NCBI GenBank assembly: GCA_963816355.1
Contig: CAWFKH010000001.1
Span: forward strand, 544,001 to 608,000
Length of the DNA stretch: 64,000 nucleotides
Origin: an uncultured Gemmatimonadales bacterium
Lineage (GTDB): Bacteria > Gemmatimonadota > Gemmatimonadetes > Longimicrobiales > RSA9
Direction of reading: 5' to 3'
Shown: in pieces, positions 10,004 to 19,243 of the stretch
Layout of the letters: each line of letters opens with the position of its first letter
How positions within the stretch are numbered: position 1 is the stretch's first letter
Notes under the pieces: generated by a model
The model's database searches: none
Told to the model about the DNA's origin: nothing
What the model saw: the letters and a program-made list of their open reading frames with translations, nothing else
Program-made: the position numbers and the translations under genes

Positions 10004-11041
10004 TTGAGCGGATCGGGCGCAGCGCTCGAACGCGGTCGCGCGCTCTACGCGCGGCGGGATTATCCCGGCCTCGCGGAGCTGGCCGCGGGGGAGCCCGGGA
10101 TCGCGCTGGAAGCCGAGCCGGAGCTCGGCTTCATGGTGGCGGACGCATGGCGGCGGCTCGGCCGTGCGGACGAGGCGCTCGCGCTCGTGCGGCGTCTGGC
10201 GCCCCTCTGCGCGGCGCGCGGGAACGACCGGCTGTTCCGCGACCGGCTCAACGTCGAAGGGATCCTGCTGTTCGGGCGCGGCGACGTCGCGGCGGCGGAA
10301 TCGGTGTGGCGGGATCTGCTCGAGGCGGCCAGCCGGGGCGACGACGAGGAGTTCGTCGCGCGTGCGAACAACAATCTGGGCGTGATCTGCACGCTTCGCG
10401 GCAGGCGGGAGGAGGCGCTGGCCAGCTACGAACGGGCGATCGCGGCCTATCATCGTCGCGGATACCTGCGTGGGCTCGCCCAGGCGCACCAGAACCTGGC
10501 CATCACCTACCGGGACATGGGCTTCGGCGACGAGGCCGACACGCACTTCCGCCGCACGATCGCTTACGCGCGTGCCGACGGCAGCGAGGACGAGATCGCC
10601 CGCGCGGAGCAGGAGCGGGCGCTGCTGATCTACTCGTTCCGCCGCGACGGCCGACTCGCGGAGGCGACGGCGAAGCAGGCGCTGCGCCGCTTCAGGCGGC
10701 TGCGCGACGTGGCCGGGATCGCCGATGCGACGCGGGTGCTGGCGATCATCCACATGGGAGAGCGCCGCAATCTGGAGGCGGGGAAGGAGCTCGACGAAGC
10801 GATCCGCCTCGCCCGTTCGGCGCGCGCGCCGCTCCTGATCGCCGAATCGCTCGAGGCGCAGGCCGCCCTCGCGCTGCTCGAGGGACGGGACGCGGAAGCC
10901 GCATCGCTGCAGGAGGAGGCGGCGCGCGGCTTCGGCGAGCTGGGCGCCGCGGCGTGGGGGGAGCGCACGCGCCGCCGACTTGCGGACCTGACGTGGCGCG
11001 CCGCCGCGGAGGAGGCGGGGGGCGCGAGCCAGGCGGGTTGA
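10004..11041 (+). CDS. Tetratricopeptide repeat protein
   Basis: Helical repeats: ARANNNLGVICTLRGRREEALASYERA, AQAHQNLAITYRDMG, ADATRVLAII. No signal peptide. Confidence 0.85.
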   Translation: MSGSGAALERGRALYARRDYPGLAELAAGEPGIALEAEPELGFMVADAWRRLGRADEALALVRRLAPLCAARGNDRLFRDRLNVEGILLFGRGDVAAAESVWRDLLEAASRGDDEEFVARANNNLGVICTLRGRREEALASYERAIAAYHRRGYLRGLAQAHQNLAITYRDMGFGDEADTHFRRTIAYARADGSEDEIARAEQERALLIYSFRRDGRLAEATAKQALRRFRRLRDVAGIADATRVLAIIHMGERRNLEAGKELDEAIRLARSARAPLLIAESLEAQAALALLEGRDAEAASLQEEAARGFGELGAAAWGERTRRRLADLTWRAAAEEAGGASQAG

Positions 11042-11044
11042 GCG

Positions 11045-11779
11045 TCAGTCGAGCGCGTCGATGACGACGACCGTGACGTTGTCGTAACCGCCGCGCTCGT
11101 TGGCAAGGTCGACGAGGCGGGCCGAGGCGGCGGCGGCGGAGTCCGCCGCGAGGGCGGCCCGGATGTCGTCGTCGTCGAGCATGGTGGTCAGGCCATCGGA
11201 GCAGAGCAGGACGCGGTCGCCGGCCTCGAGGGCCTGCGCTCCGCCGTCGATGCGGAGCGCCCCGCGCGTGCCGAGCGCCTGCGTGAGGACGTTGGCGAAG
11301 GGGTGTTGGCGGGCGACTTCGGGCGCGAGGGCGCCGGCGTCGATCTGCTCCTGCACCCAGCTGTGATCGCGCGTGAGGCGGCCGAGCGAGTCGCCGTGCA
11401 GCAGGTACGCCCGCGAGTCGCCCACGTGAGTGAAGACGGCGACGCCGCGCGCGGTGAGGGCGAGCGCGGTCAGCGTCGTGCCCATGCCGGCGCAGGCGCG
11501 GTCCCGCTCCGCGCGCGCGACGATCGCGGCGTTCGCCCGACGCACGCCTTCCTCGAGGACGGCGCGGAGTGCCGCATCGTCGGCGGCGTCGCGGACCGGT
11601 TCGGTGGCGATGCGCGCGAGGGTCTCGATCGCCAGCCCGCTGGCGACCTCGCCGGCGGCGTGGCCGCCCATGCCGTCCGCGATCGCGAAGAGGCCGACCT
11701 CGTCGCGTACCAGAAAAGCGTCCTCGTTGCCGCTGCGGACGCGTCCGGTGTCGGTACGTGCGGCAGACTCCCATTTCAT
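11045..11779 (-). CDS. PP2C-family Ser/Thr protein phosphatase (Stp1/PrpC-like)
   Basis: TDTGRVRSGNED, ADGMGGHAAGEVAS, GMGTT, HVGDSRAY, DHS, CSDGL, GGYDNVT. ATG at 11779. Confidence 0.95.
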   Translation of the reverse strand: MKWESAARTDTGRVRSGNEDAFLVRDEVGLFAIADGMGGHAAGEVASGLAIETLARIATEPVRDAADDAALRAVLEEGVRRANAAIVARAERDRACAGMGTTLTALALTARGVAVFTHVGDSRAYLLHGDSLGRLTRDHSWVQEQIDAGALAPEVARQHPFANVLTQALGTRGALRIDGGAQALEAGDRVLLCSDGLTTMLDDDDIRAALAADSAAAASARLVDLANERGGYDNVTVVVIDALD

Positions 11780-11787
11780 GGGCTGGA

Positions 11788-11816
11788 AGGCTAGGTTGCC
11801 TTGCCGGCGGGTGCAA
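11788..11816 (-). promoter_or_regulatory. Sigma-70 promoter of the PP2C gene (near-leaderless)
   Basis: Minus strand TTGCAC-N17-TAGCCT, 8 nt before the ATG. Confidence 0.6.
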
Positions 11817-11854
11817 GCGGGTGCGGGCGCGAGGTTTGCCGTTACGGAGCCGTG

Positions 11855-12446
11855 ATGAAGGGATTCGAGATGGGCCGCCGCCGTGCTGCTCGGGGCGTGG
11901 CTGGGCGGATGTCGGGTGCGGCCGGAGGAGAGGGCGGGCGGAGTCGCTCCGCCGCCGGCCGCCGCCCTCGCCGCCGGCGCCGACACGATACCGATCAGAG
12001 CGCAGCTCGCCGAGCTCGACTCGGTGACCGTGCGGGCGCAGCGGAGCGGCGACGAAGCCGAGCGCGGCGACCTGATCCTGCGCGCGGAGGCGCTCACGGA
12101 CCGGCTGCTGGAGTCGCAGCTTCCTTTCGCGTGGTCGGCGGGGAGCTACTCGATCGAGTCGCAGCTCCGGCAGCTCCAGGCGCTGGCCGACCGCATCGTC
12201 GCGGAGGTGCGGCGAGGCGAGCGCGGCGCCGCCGTGGACGCGGACCTGCGGCTGTTCCAGCAGCGGATCATGGCGCTGCAGGCGGACTTGCGGCGACCGG
12301 GCCGCGCGGCGCCGCCATCGGTCGATTCGCTTCTCGCGGCGTACGCCCACGGCGAGGTCGCGCGTGGCGCGCCGACGGGAGAGGCAGACGACGATGCCCG
12401 AGGCGGAGCGCGGGCCGGGGAGCCCCCAACGCCCGTCGGACACTGA
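11855..12446 (+). CDS. Hypothetical helical lipoprotein with an apparent +1 frameshift just after the start codon
   Basis: ORF 11883..12446 contains lipobox LGGC. Removing one A from ATGAAGGG at 11855-62 gives MRDSRWAAAVLLGAWLGGC behind a GGAG RBS. Confidence 0.6.
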
Positions 12447-12458
12447 TCCGAAGGCGTG

Positions 12459-12484
12459 GGAACACCGGCGGACCGGCGGGGTTA
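12459..12484 (+). promoter_or_regulatory. ECF-sigma-type promoter upstream of the sigma factor gene
   Basis: GGAAC (12459-63)-N17-GTTA (12481-84). Confidence 0.55.
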
Positions 12485-12626
12485 CACGCCTTGAACAGGA
12501 AGCGGATCGCCCGGCGATAGAGAGCGTCGTCGGGCCATTTTGTAGGCAGAGTCCTTGCAGCCCGAGGGGTGGTGCGTGTTGCCCGGGCTGCGAGTGAATC
12601 CCGATCGATCGAGCGACAACGGCGGT

Positions 12627-13535
12627 ATGGCTACCACGGCTCAAAATACGCGCAAGCGGCGGCGACGGACGCAGGACCGCAAGGCGAACCTCTTCCGGGG
12701 TGCGGTCGAGGAGCGCACGGCGCTCGACCAGTACCTGCGGGATGTGAGCCGGCATGAGCTGCTCACGCCCGAACAGGAGGTCGAGCTCGGTCGTCGTGCG
12801 CAGCGAGGCGACGAGGACGCCGTGCAGGCGCTCGTGCGCGCCAACCTGCGCTTCGTCATCAGCATCGCGAAGAAGTACCAGAACCGCGGCGTCTCCCTGA
12901 TCGACCTGATCCAGGAGGGCAACGTGGGCCTGGTCACCGCCGCGCGGAAGTTCGATCCCGAGCAGGGCGTGAAGTTCATCTCGTACGCCGTGTGGTGGAT
13001 CCGGCAGGCGATCCTCTCCGCGCTCGCCAACCAGGGCCGCGCGGTGCGCGTGCCGCTCAACCGGGCCAGCGACCTCGCCCGCATCTTCCGGGAGCGCGAG
13101 CGGCTCAAGCAGGAGCTGCGCAGGGACCCGTCGACCGAGGAGATCGCGGTGGCGGCGAAACTGACGCCGGAGGTGGTCGAGCAGCTCCAGACGCTCAACG
13201 CGTCGGAGATCCGGCTCGACGCGCCGATCGGGGACTCGGACGACAGCCAGCTCGTCGAGCGTTTCATCACCGAAGAGGCGTCGGAGCCGGAGGAAGCGGT
13301 CGAGGAGCGGCTCCTCTCGGAGCAGATCGACCGCGCGCTGGCGACGCTGTCGCCGCGCGATGCACAGGTGCTGCGCCTCTATTTCGGGCTCGACAACGGC
13401 CGCGAGCACACGCTCGAGGAGATCGGGAACATGCTGGGCGTCACCCGCGAGCGGATCCGGCAGCTCCGCGACCGCGCGCTGAAGCGGCTGCGCGAGGGCG
13501 ATCTCGGACCCGCGCTGGAAAGCTTTGCCGCCTGA
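12627..13535 (+). CDS. RNA polymerase sigma-70 factor, RpoD/SigA family, short form lacking region 1.1
   Basis: Region 1.2 LDQYLRDV; 2.1-2.4 ANLRFVISIAKKY, DLIQEGNVGL, KFISYAVWWIRQAI; 4.2 TLEEIG..VTRERIRQ; about 302 aa. Confidence 0.93.
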   Translation: MATTAQNTRKRRRRTQDRKANLFRGAVEERTALDQYLRDVSRHELLTPEQEVELGRRAQRGDEDAVQALVRANLRFVISIAKKYQNRGVSLIDLIQEGNVGLVTAARKFDPEQGVKFISYAVWWIRQAILSALANQGRAVRVPLNRASDLARIFRERERLKQELRRDPSTEEIAVAAKLTPEVVEQLQTLNASEIRLDAPIGDSDDSQLVERFITEEASEPEEAVEERLLSEQIDRALATLSPRDAQVLRLYFGLDNGREHTLEEIGNMLGVTRERIRQLRDRALKRLREGDLGPALESFAA

Positions 13536-14454
13536 GCCATCCCGGCTGAGCGGAGTGGTGCGCGCCGTCGTGGGCGGCGCCTACGAGGTCGAGACCGACG
13601 ACGGCCGCGTGGTGGAGGCGACACTGCGCGGCCGTCTCAAGCAGGACCGCCGCTCGTCGGACCGGGTCGTCGCGGGTGACCGGATCGACCTCGCGCTCGA
13701 CGGGAGCGGGGGAGCTACGGTCGAGCGGGTGCACGAGCGCGCCTCGGTCCTCGTCCGGCGCGCGCCCGGCGGCCGTCACGGTGCCAAGCCGATCGCCGCG
13801 AACGTGGACCAGGTCGCGGTCGTTCTCGCGGCCACCCACCCCGAGCCGAACCTCCGCATGCTGGACCGCTTCCTCGTCATCGCAGAGGCGAGCGGACTTC
13901 CCTCGATCATCGTCGTGAACAAGCTCGACCTCGTCGCGGAGGCCGACGTGCGGTCGCGGTTCGCGGCGTACACGGCCGCCGGCTATCCCCTGCTGCTCAC
14001 CACCGCGAAGCATGCCGCCGGCGTCGACGCGCTGCGGGAGCGCCTGCGCGACCGGACCTCGGTGCTGACCGGCCCGTCCGGCGTGGGCAAGTCGAGCCTG
14101 CTCAACGCGCTCGAGCCCGGTCTCGGGCTGCGCGTCGGCGAGGTGAGCCGGGCCGTGCACAAGGGGCGGCACACCACCGTCTCCGCGCGGCTCGTTCCGC
14201 TCGCGTGCGGGGGGTGGGTGGTCGACACGCCCGGACTGCGCGAGGTGGGCGTATGGGACGTGCCCGCCGAGTCGCTCGACGAGCTCTTCCCCGAGCTGCG
14301 GCCCTACCTCGGTCAATGCCGCTTCGGCTCGGACTGCAGCCACGTCCACGAGCCGGGCTGCGCCATACGCGCCGCCGTGGAACGGGGCGACGTCGACGGC
14401 GACCGCTACGCGAGTTACGTCAAACTGCTCGACGACGACGCGGCGCGGCGCTGA
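13525..14454 (+). CDS. rsgA: Small ribosomal subunit-dependent GTPase A
   Basis: OB fold; ANVDQV; NKLD; GPSGVGKSSLLN; GRHTT; DTPG; Zn finger CRFGSDCSHVHEPGC. Confidence 0.95.
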   Translation: MPPEPSRLSGVVRAVVGGAYEVETDDGRVVEATLRGRLKQDRRSSDRVVAGDRIDLALDGSGGATVERVHERASVLVRRAPGGRHGAKPIAANVDQVAVVLAATHPEPNLRMLDRFLVIAEASGLPSIIVVNKLDLVAEADVRSRFAAYTAAGYPLLLTTAKHAAGVDALRERLRDRTSVLTGPSGVGKSSLLNALEPGLGLRVGEVSRAVHKGRHTTVSARLVPLACGGWVVDTPGLREVGVWDVPAESLDELFPELRPYLGQCRFGSDCSHVHEPGCAIRAAVERGDVDGDRYASYVKLLDDDAARR

Positions 14455-14615
14455 GGCGCCGGGCCACTTCGCGGCGCTTTGCGCCCTCGAGTATGGCGGC
14501 GTCGGAGGGGGGCCGATGTGACGCGGCACGGGTCTCGCTCGTCTAGCGGGAGTGGACGAATCGACTCGCCGGCCGCGGAGCCCACCGCGGGGCGGGCGCA
14601 ACGGATGGAGGACAC

Positions 14616-15302
14616 ATGCAGAACCGACTCAAGACGATGGGAACCTTCGCGCTGCTGCTCGGGCTACCGCTCGCCGCCTGTGATTCGAGCACGGCGCCGA
14701 ACCAGGGGCGCGCGAACATATTCATGCAGCAGAGTGGGACGGTGCTCGCGGCGAATCGTGTGATGAGCGCGTCCGGCCTGGCGCAGGTCGACCTCGGCGC
14801 CGTCGAGTCGCTCTCCGTGGACGTCACGGGCGTGCAGCTGCTTCCGGCGGGGATGGAGGGCGATCAGGACGGACAGTGGGTGACGGTTTCGCTCACGGGC
14901 GACGAGTCCGGTGTCGCGACGGTGAACCTGCTCGGACTCCCCGAGGATCTGACGGATCAGGGGCTGCTGCTCGCGAGCGGCGATGTCGCCGCCGGCGACT
15001 ACAGCGCGGTGCGCCTGCTGGTGAGCGGCGGCACGATCGTGTTCAGCCAGCCGGTCAGCGTGGGCAACGCCAACTTCGACGCGGGCACGGAGTACAGCGT
15101 CGACATTCCGAGCGGCGCGCAGAGCGGCCTGAAGGTGCAGGGCCTGACGCTCACGATCGACGAGGGTGCGACGGAGGACGCGACGCTGGTCTTCGACCCG
15201 ACGGAGTCCGTTGCGCACATCGTGGCAACTGGCAACGGCACCGTGAAGCTGACGCCGGTCCTGCACGCCAAGGCTTCGGGCGCGGCGGTCGTGGGCAGCT
15301 GA
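14616..15302 (+). CDS. DUF4382-like lipoprotein
   Basis: RBS GGAGGA; lipobox LAAC; TVNLLGL, GDYSAVRL, IPSGAQSGLK, LVFD, KLTPVL pattern. Confidence 0.75.
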   Translation: MQNRLKTMGTFALLLGLPLAACDSSTAPNQGRANIFMQQSGTVLAANRVMSASGLAQVDLGAVESLSVDVTGVQLLPAGMEGDQDGQWVTVSLTGDESGVATVNLLGLPEDLTDQGLLLASGDVAAGDYSAVRLLVSGGTIVFSQPVSVGNANFDAGTEYSVDIPSGAQSGLKVQGLTLTIDEGATEDATLVFDPTESVAHIVATGNGTVKLTPVLHAKASGAAVVGS

Positions 15303-15327
15303 CGCGACGCGCGCGGCGGGCAGGGTG

Positions 15328-15360
15328 GCGGAGGCCTCCGGCTGTGCCGGGGGCCTTCGT
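15328..15360. terminator. Hairpin between convergent genes, likely bidirectional terminator
   Basis: GCGGAGGCCTCCGGC-TGT-GCCGGGGGCCTTCGT, a 15-bp stem including G-U pairs. Confidence 0.6.
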
Positions 15361-15363
15361 CGT

Positions 15364-17430
15364 TTACGGGCGCCAGTGGAGCGACGCACCCGCGAGCACC
15401 GTGCGGCCCGGTGTGGGGAAGCCGACGACCTCGACGATGCGGCGGTCGAGGAGGTTCTCGCCGCGCAGCGTGAGGGCGATGCTCGTGCCGTTCGCGAGTC
15501 GCACGGGCAGCGCGAGGCTGGCGTCGACGCGCGTGTATGGCGCCAGGCGCACGCGGCGGCCGGGGAAGGCGCTGAAATCGATGTCGTCGCGTGCTCCGAC
15601 CCGGCGGACGCCGAGGCGGCCACGGGCGCCGCCGAGGTGCGCTTCGAGCGACGCGTCGGCGATCGTGCCGGGGCGGCGCAGCAGCGGGGCGCCGAGCGCG
15701 AAGGCGGCGTCCGGGCCCGGCGTGAAGGCGGAGTCGGTGACCTGCGTCTCCAGGCGCGTCCAGCCGACATCGAGCGCGACGGCGCGGGAGAGCGCGACGC
15801 GCGCGCCCGTCTCGAGACCGCGCGTCAGCGCGCCGGCCACGTTGAAATAGTTCGGGTCCTCCGGCGCAGGCGGCGCGGCGGTGTAATCGATCAGGTCGCG
15901 GAAGCGCTGATCGAACCAGGTGGCGAAGAGGTGGACGCGGCCGCCCGCGAGCGTTTGCTCGAGACCCGCTTCCCAGCTCGCCGCACGCTCCGGGCGCAGG
16001 GACGGGTTCCCTTTCACGAAGCCGACGCCGTAGTTCTCCAGCATCGTCGGCTCCTTGAACGCGGTGCCGACGCTGGCCCGCACGCGGCCATCGCGCCAGG
16101 TGCCCGCGGAGACTCCGAGCCGGTACGTCGTGAAGGTGCCGAAGGCGTCGCTGTCGTCGACGCGGAGGCCACTGGTGAAGGTGAGCCGGTCGGCGGGACG
16201 GGCGACGGCCTGCGCGTAGTAGGCATGCTCGCGGCGCGTGGCGCGGAAGTCGTCCGGAAAGGCGCCGAACTCGCTGAGCGAGAGGTCGCGCGCGCTCTGC
16301 CGCTCGGCGTCGTAGCCGGTGCCGACGCTCAGGGTCGCGCGGCCGAGGTCGACGTCGGCGCGCAGGTCGGCGCTGCGGCGCGCGATGCGGGTCGAGTCGA
16401 CGAAGCCGAAGAAGCCGGTCGTGTCGGCGGGGCCGTCGGCGCGGTCGTCGATGCCGCGTCGCGCCTCGTGCGCGCCCAGCAGCAGCCGCAGCGTGAGGGC
16501 CCGGCCGACGCGGCGCTCCGCCTCGAAGCTGGCGGTCAGCCGTGCGCCTCGCTGGTACTGGTTGAGGTCGACCGCGTGCCCCGCGTCGTCCGTCGGGTAG
16601 TGGTAGACGCTGCCGGACCAGCGCAGCGAGAGACGGGCATCGGTGCGCGCGTCCGACCGCGCGGAAAGGCTCGCGGCGGCGACGTCGTTGCGGAAGCCGT
16701 TGTTGAAGGCGTAGACGCCGTCGCTCGAAAAACGCGAGGCGGCGAGCGAGTAGGCGAGGCGGTCGGTGCCGCCGGAGAGGGTGGCGCCGCCCTCGTGCGT
16801 GCCGAAGGTGCCGGCCCGCAGGCGCGCCTCCAGCGAGGCGGCGCCCGCGCCACGGCGGGTGAAGATCTGGACGACGCCACTCATCGCGTCCGAGCCGTAG
16901 AGCACGCTCGCCGGGCCACGCACGACCTCGATGCGGTCGACGTCGTCGGTCGTCAGCGTGGAGAGGTCGACGGCGCCTCCGGGGTCGTTGATCGGCACGC
17001 CGTCCACCAGCACGCGCACGTAGTCGCTTTCGCCCCCGCGCAGGAAGAGCGAGCTGGCGCCGCCGAAGGAGCCGGTCTGGACGACGGCCGCGCCCGGAAC
17101 CTCGCGCAGCGCCTCCGCCACCGCGTGGATCCCCCGCTCGCGCAACGCCTCGCCGTCCAGCACCGTCACCGACGCCGGCACTGCGGAGATCGGCAGCGCC
17201 GTGCGCGTCGCCGTCACCACGAGTCCCCGGATGCGGAAGGTGTCGCGGCCCGCGGCCTCGCGGCCGGCGGTGTCGGCCTGGGGGCGGGCGGGTGCGGCGT
17301 GGGCTGGAGCGGTCGGCGATTGCGCGCTCGCCGGGCGGGAGGCGACGGCGATCGCCGCCAGGAGGACGGCCGTCGTCGCGGCGGCGTGGGCGAGGCGGGG
17401 TGTGAGGGGGCGGCGGGCACGGGTCTTCAC
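15364..17430 (-). CDS. btuB: TonB-dependent receptor, probable cobalamin transporter (BtuB-like)
   Basis: GTG start VKTRARR; TonB-box-like LVVTATR; plug LRGGES..VLVDGVP, RIEVVRGPASVLYGSDAMSGVVQI; NPSLRPE; ENLLD. Last gene of the riboswitch-led operon. Confidence 0.85.
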   Translation of the reverse strand: MKTRARRPLTPRLAHAAATTAVLLAAIAVASRPASAQSPTAPAHAAPARPQADTAGREAAGRDTFRIRGLVVTATRTALPISAVPASVTVLDGEALRERGIHAVAEALREVPGAAVVQTGSFGGASSLFLRGGESDYVRVLVDGVPINDPGGAVDLSTLTTDDVDRIEVVRGPASVLYGSDAMSGVVQIFTRRGAGAASLEARLRAGTFGTHEGGATLSGGTDRLAYSLAASRFSSDGVYAFNNGFRNDVAAASLSARSDARTDARLSLRWSGSVYHYPTDDAGHAVDLNQYQRGARLTASFEAERRVGRALTLRLLLGAHEARRGIDDRADGPADTTGFFGFVDSTRIARRSADLRADVDLGRATLSVGTGYDAERQSARDLSLSEFGAFPDDFRATRREHAYYAQAVARPADRLTFTSGLRVDDSDAFGTFTTYRLGVSAGTWRDGRVRASVGTAFKEPTMLENYGVGFVKGNPSLRPERAASWEAGLEQTLAGGRVHLFATWFDQRFRDLIDYTAAPPAPEDPNYFNVAGALTRGLETGARVALSRAVALDVGWTRLETQVTDSAFTPGPDAAFALGAPLLRRPGTIADASLEAHLGGARGRLGVRRVGARDDIDFSAFPGRRVRLAPYTRVDASLALPVRLANGTSIALTLRGENLLDRRIVEVVGFPTPGRTVLAGASLHWRP

Positions 17431-18260
17431 GGCGTCTCCTTCGGCGGTTCGGGGTCGTGGGCGAGCGGCACGATCTGCGGCGCTCCGGCGTCCGGGCCGG
17501 GGCCTGGATGCGCGGTGAGGGTGACGGGCCAGCGGTAGACACGGCCGATCGTCTCCGGGCGCAGCACCGTCGCGGGCGCTCCCTCGGCGACCGTCCTTCC
17601 GCCGTCCAACAGGAGGAGGCGGTCGGCGTAGCGGGCGGCGAGGTTGAGATTGTGCGTGACCAGGAGGACGGCGGCGCCGTCGCGGCGGGCGAGCGTGTGG
17701 AGCAGCTCGAAGATCGCCATCTCGTGGCGGATGTCGAGGGAAGCCGAGGGCTCGTCGAGGACGAGCGTCCGCGGCTCCTGCGCGAGCGCCCGCGCCACGC
17801 GCGCGCGCTGCCGCTCGCCGCCGGAAAGCGTCGCGAGCGGTCGCGTCGCGAATTCGGCGATGTCGCAGCGCTCGAGGGCGCGCCGCACCGCGCGCCGGTC
17901 GACCTCGCGCTCGCGCCGCCACGGCCCGACGTGGGGATAGCGGCCCATGGCGACGAGCTCGAGGACGGTGAGCGGGAAGACGATCTCCTCCGACTGCGGC
18001 ACGACGGCCACGCGGCGCGCGAGCGCGGCCCGATCCCAGCTCTCGAGCGGCGCGCCCTCGTGGAGCACGGCGCCGCGGCCCGGCCGGAGCGAGCCGAGCA
18101 GCAGCCGGAGCAGCGTCGACTTGCCGGAGCCGTTCGGGCCGATCACCGCGTGGAACGCGCCGGCGTCGAGGCGGAGCGCGACGTCGTCCACCGCCGGCCG
18201 CGCGGCGCCGGGATAGGCGTAGGCGAGGCCGCGCGCCTCGAGACGCGGCGCGGCGTTCAC
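17427..18260 (-). CDS. Cobalamin/iron-siderophore ABC transporter ATP-binding protein (BtuD/FepC-like)
   Basis: GPNGSGKST, LSGGERQR, LVLDEP, THNLNLAARY; GTG start VNAAPRL. Confidence 0.9.
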   Translation of the reverse strand: MNAAPRLEARGLAYAYPGAARPAVDDVALRLDAGAFHAVIGPNGSGKSTLLRLLLGSLRPGRGAVLHEGAPLESWDRAALARRVAVVPQSEEIVFPLTVLELVAMGRYPHVGPWRREREVDRRAVRRALERCDIAEFATRPLATLSGGERQRARVARALAQEPRTLVLDEPSASLDIRHEMAIFELLHTLARRDGAAVLLVTHNLNLAARYADRLLLLDGGRTVAEGAPATVLRPETIGRVYRWPVTLTAHPGPGPDAGAPQIVPLAHDPEPPKETP

Positions 18261-19243
18261 GATGTCCTCCGCAGCAGCACGACGAAGACCGGCACGCCGA
18301 CCAGCGCGGTGACGACGCCCACCGGCAGCTCGACCGGTGCGACCGCCGTGCGGGCGACGGCATCGGCGGCTACCAGGAAGGTGGCGCCCGCCAGGACGGA
18401 CGCGGGCAGAAGCAGGCGGTGGTCGCTCCCCCAGAGCAGCCGCAGCGCGTGCGGCACGACGAGCCCGATGAAGCCGATGACGCCGGCGATCGAGACGCTC
18501 GCCGCGACGAGCAGCGACGTGACCAGGTACGCGGCCACCTTCACGCGCGCCACGCGCACGCCCAGGTAAAACGCGGATTCCTCGCCCACCGCCACCAGAT
18601 TGAGCGGCCGCGCGAGGCCGAGCAGGAGCGCAGCCGCCGGGGCGCCGTACGCCGCGAGCAGCGCGACGCCCCCCCACGTCGCGCCGGAGAGGCTGCCCAG
18701 CATCCAGAAGATCGCGGAGCGGAACGTCTCGATGCGCGCGAAGCTCAGCACGAGCAGGATCAACGCGTTGAAGAAGGCGCCGACCACGACGCCCGCGAGG
18801 AGGAGGACACGGGCGTCGAGTGCGCGGCCGACCGAGAACGCGATGCGGAACACCACGACGACCGCGACGAGAGCCCCCGCGAGCGCCGCGAGCGGCTGCG
18901 CCCACGGGGCGCGTGCGCTCAGGCCGAGCGCGATCGCGCCGACGGCGCCCACCGCGGCCCCGCCGGACACGCCGAGGATGTACGGCTCGGCGAGCGGGTT
19001 GCGCAGGAGCGCCTGGAAGACCGCGCCGCTCAGCGCCAGCCCCCCGCCGACGAGCGCCGCGAGGACGGTGCGTGGCAGCCGGAGGTCGACGACGATCGTG
19101 CGCGCCGCGGCGTCGCCACCCCCCGCGAGCGCCGCGGCGACGCGCCGCAGCGGCAGACCGGCCGCGCCGACCGCCACGCTCGCGAGCATCGCCGCCGCGA
19201 GCAAGGCGGCGAGGAGCAGCAGCCGAGCGAGGCGCGCGCTCAT
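18257..19243 (-). CDS. FecCD/BtuC-family ABC permease
   Basis: LRLPR, FQALLRNPLAEPYILGVSGGA, IGFIGLVVPH, ELPVGVVTALVGVP. Confidence 0.92.
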   Translation of the reverse strand: MSARLARLLLLAALLAAAMLASVAVGAAGLPLRRVAAALAGGGDAAARTIVVDLRLPRTVLAALVGGGLALSGAVFQALLRNPLAEPYILGVSGGAAVGAVGAIALGLSARAPWAQPLAALAGALVAVVVVFRIAFSVGRALDARVLLLAGVVVGAFFNALILLVLSFARIETFRSAIFWMLGSLSGATWGGVALLAAYGAPAAALLLGLARPLNLVAVGEESAFYLGVRVARVKVAAYLVTSLLVAASVSIAGVIGFIGLVVPHALRLLWGSDHRLLLPASVLAGATFLVAADAVARTAVAPVELPVGVVTALVGVPVFVVLLRRTS

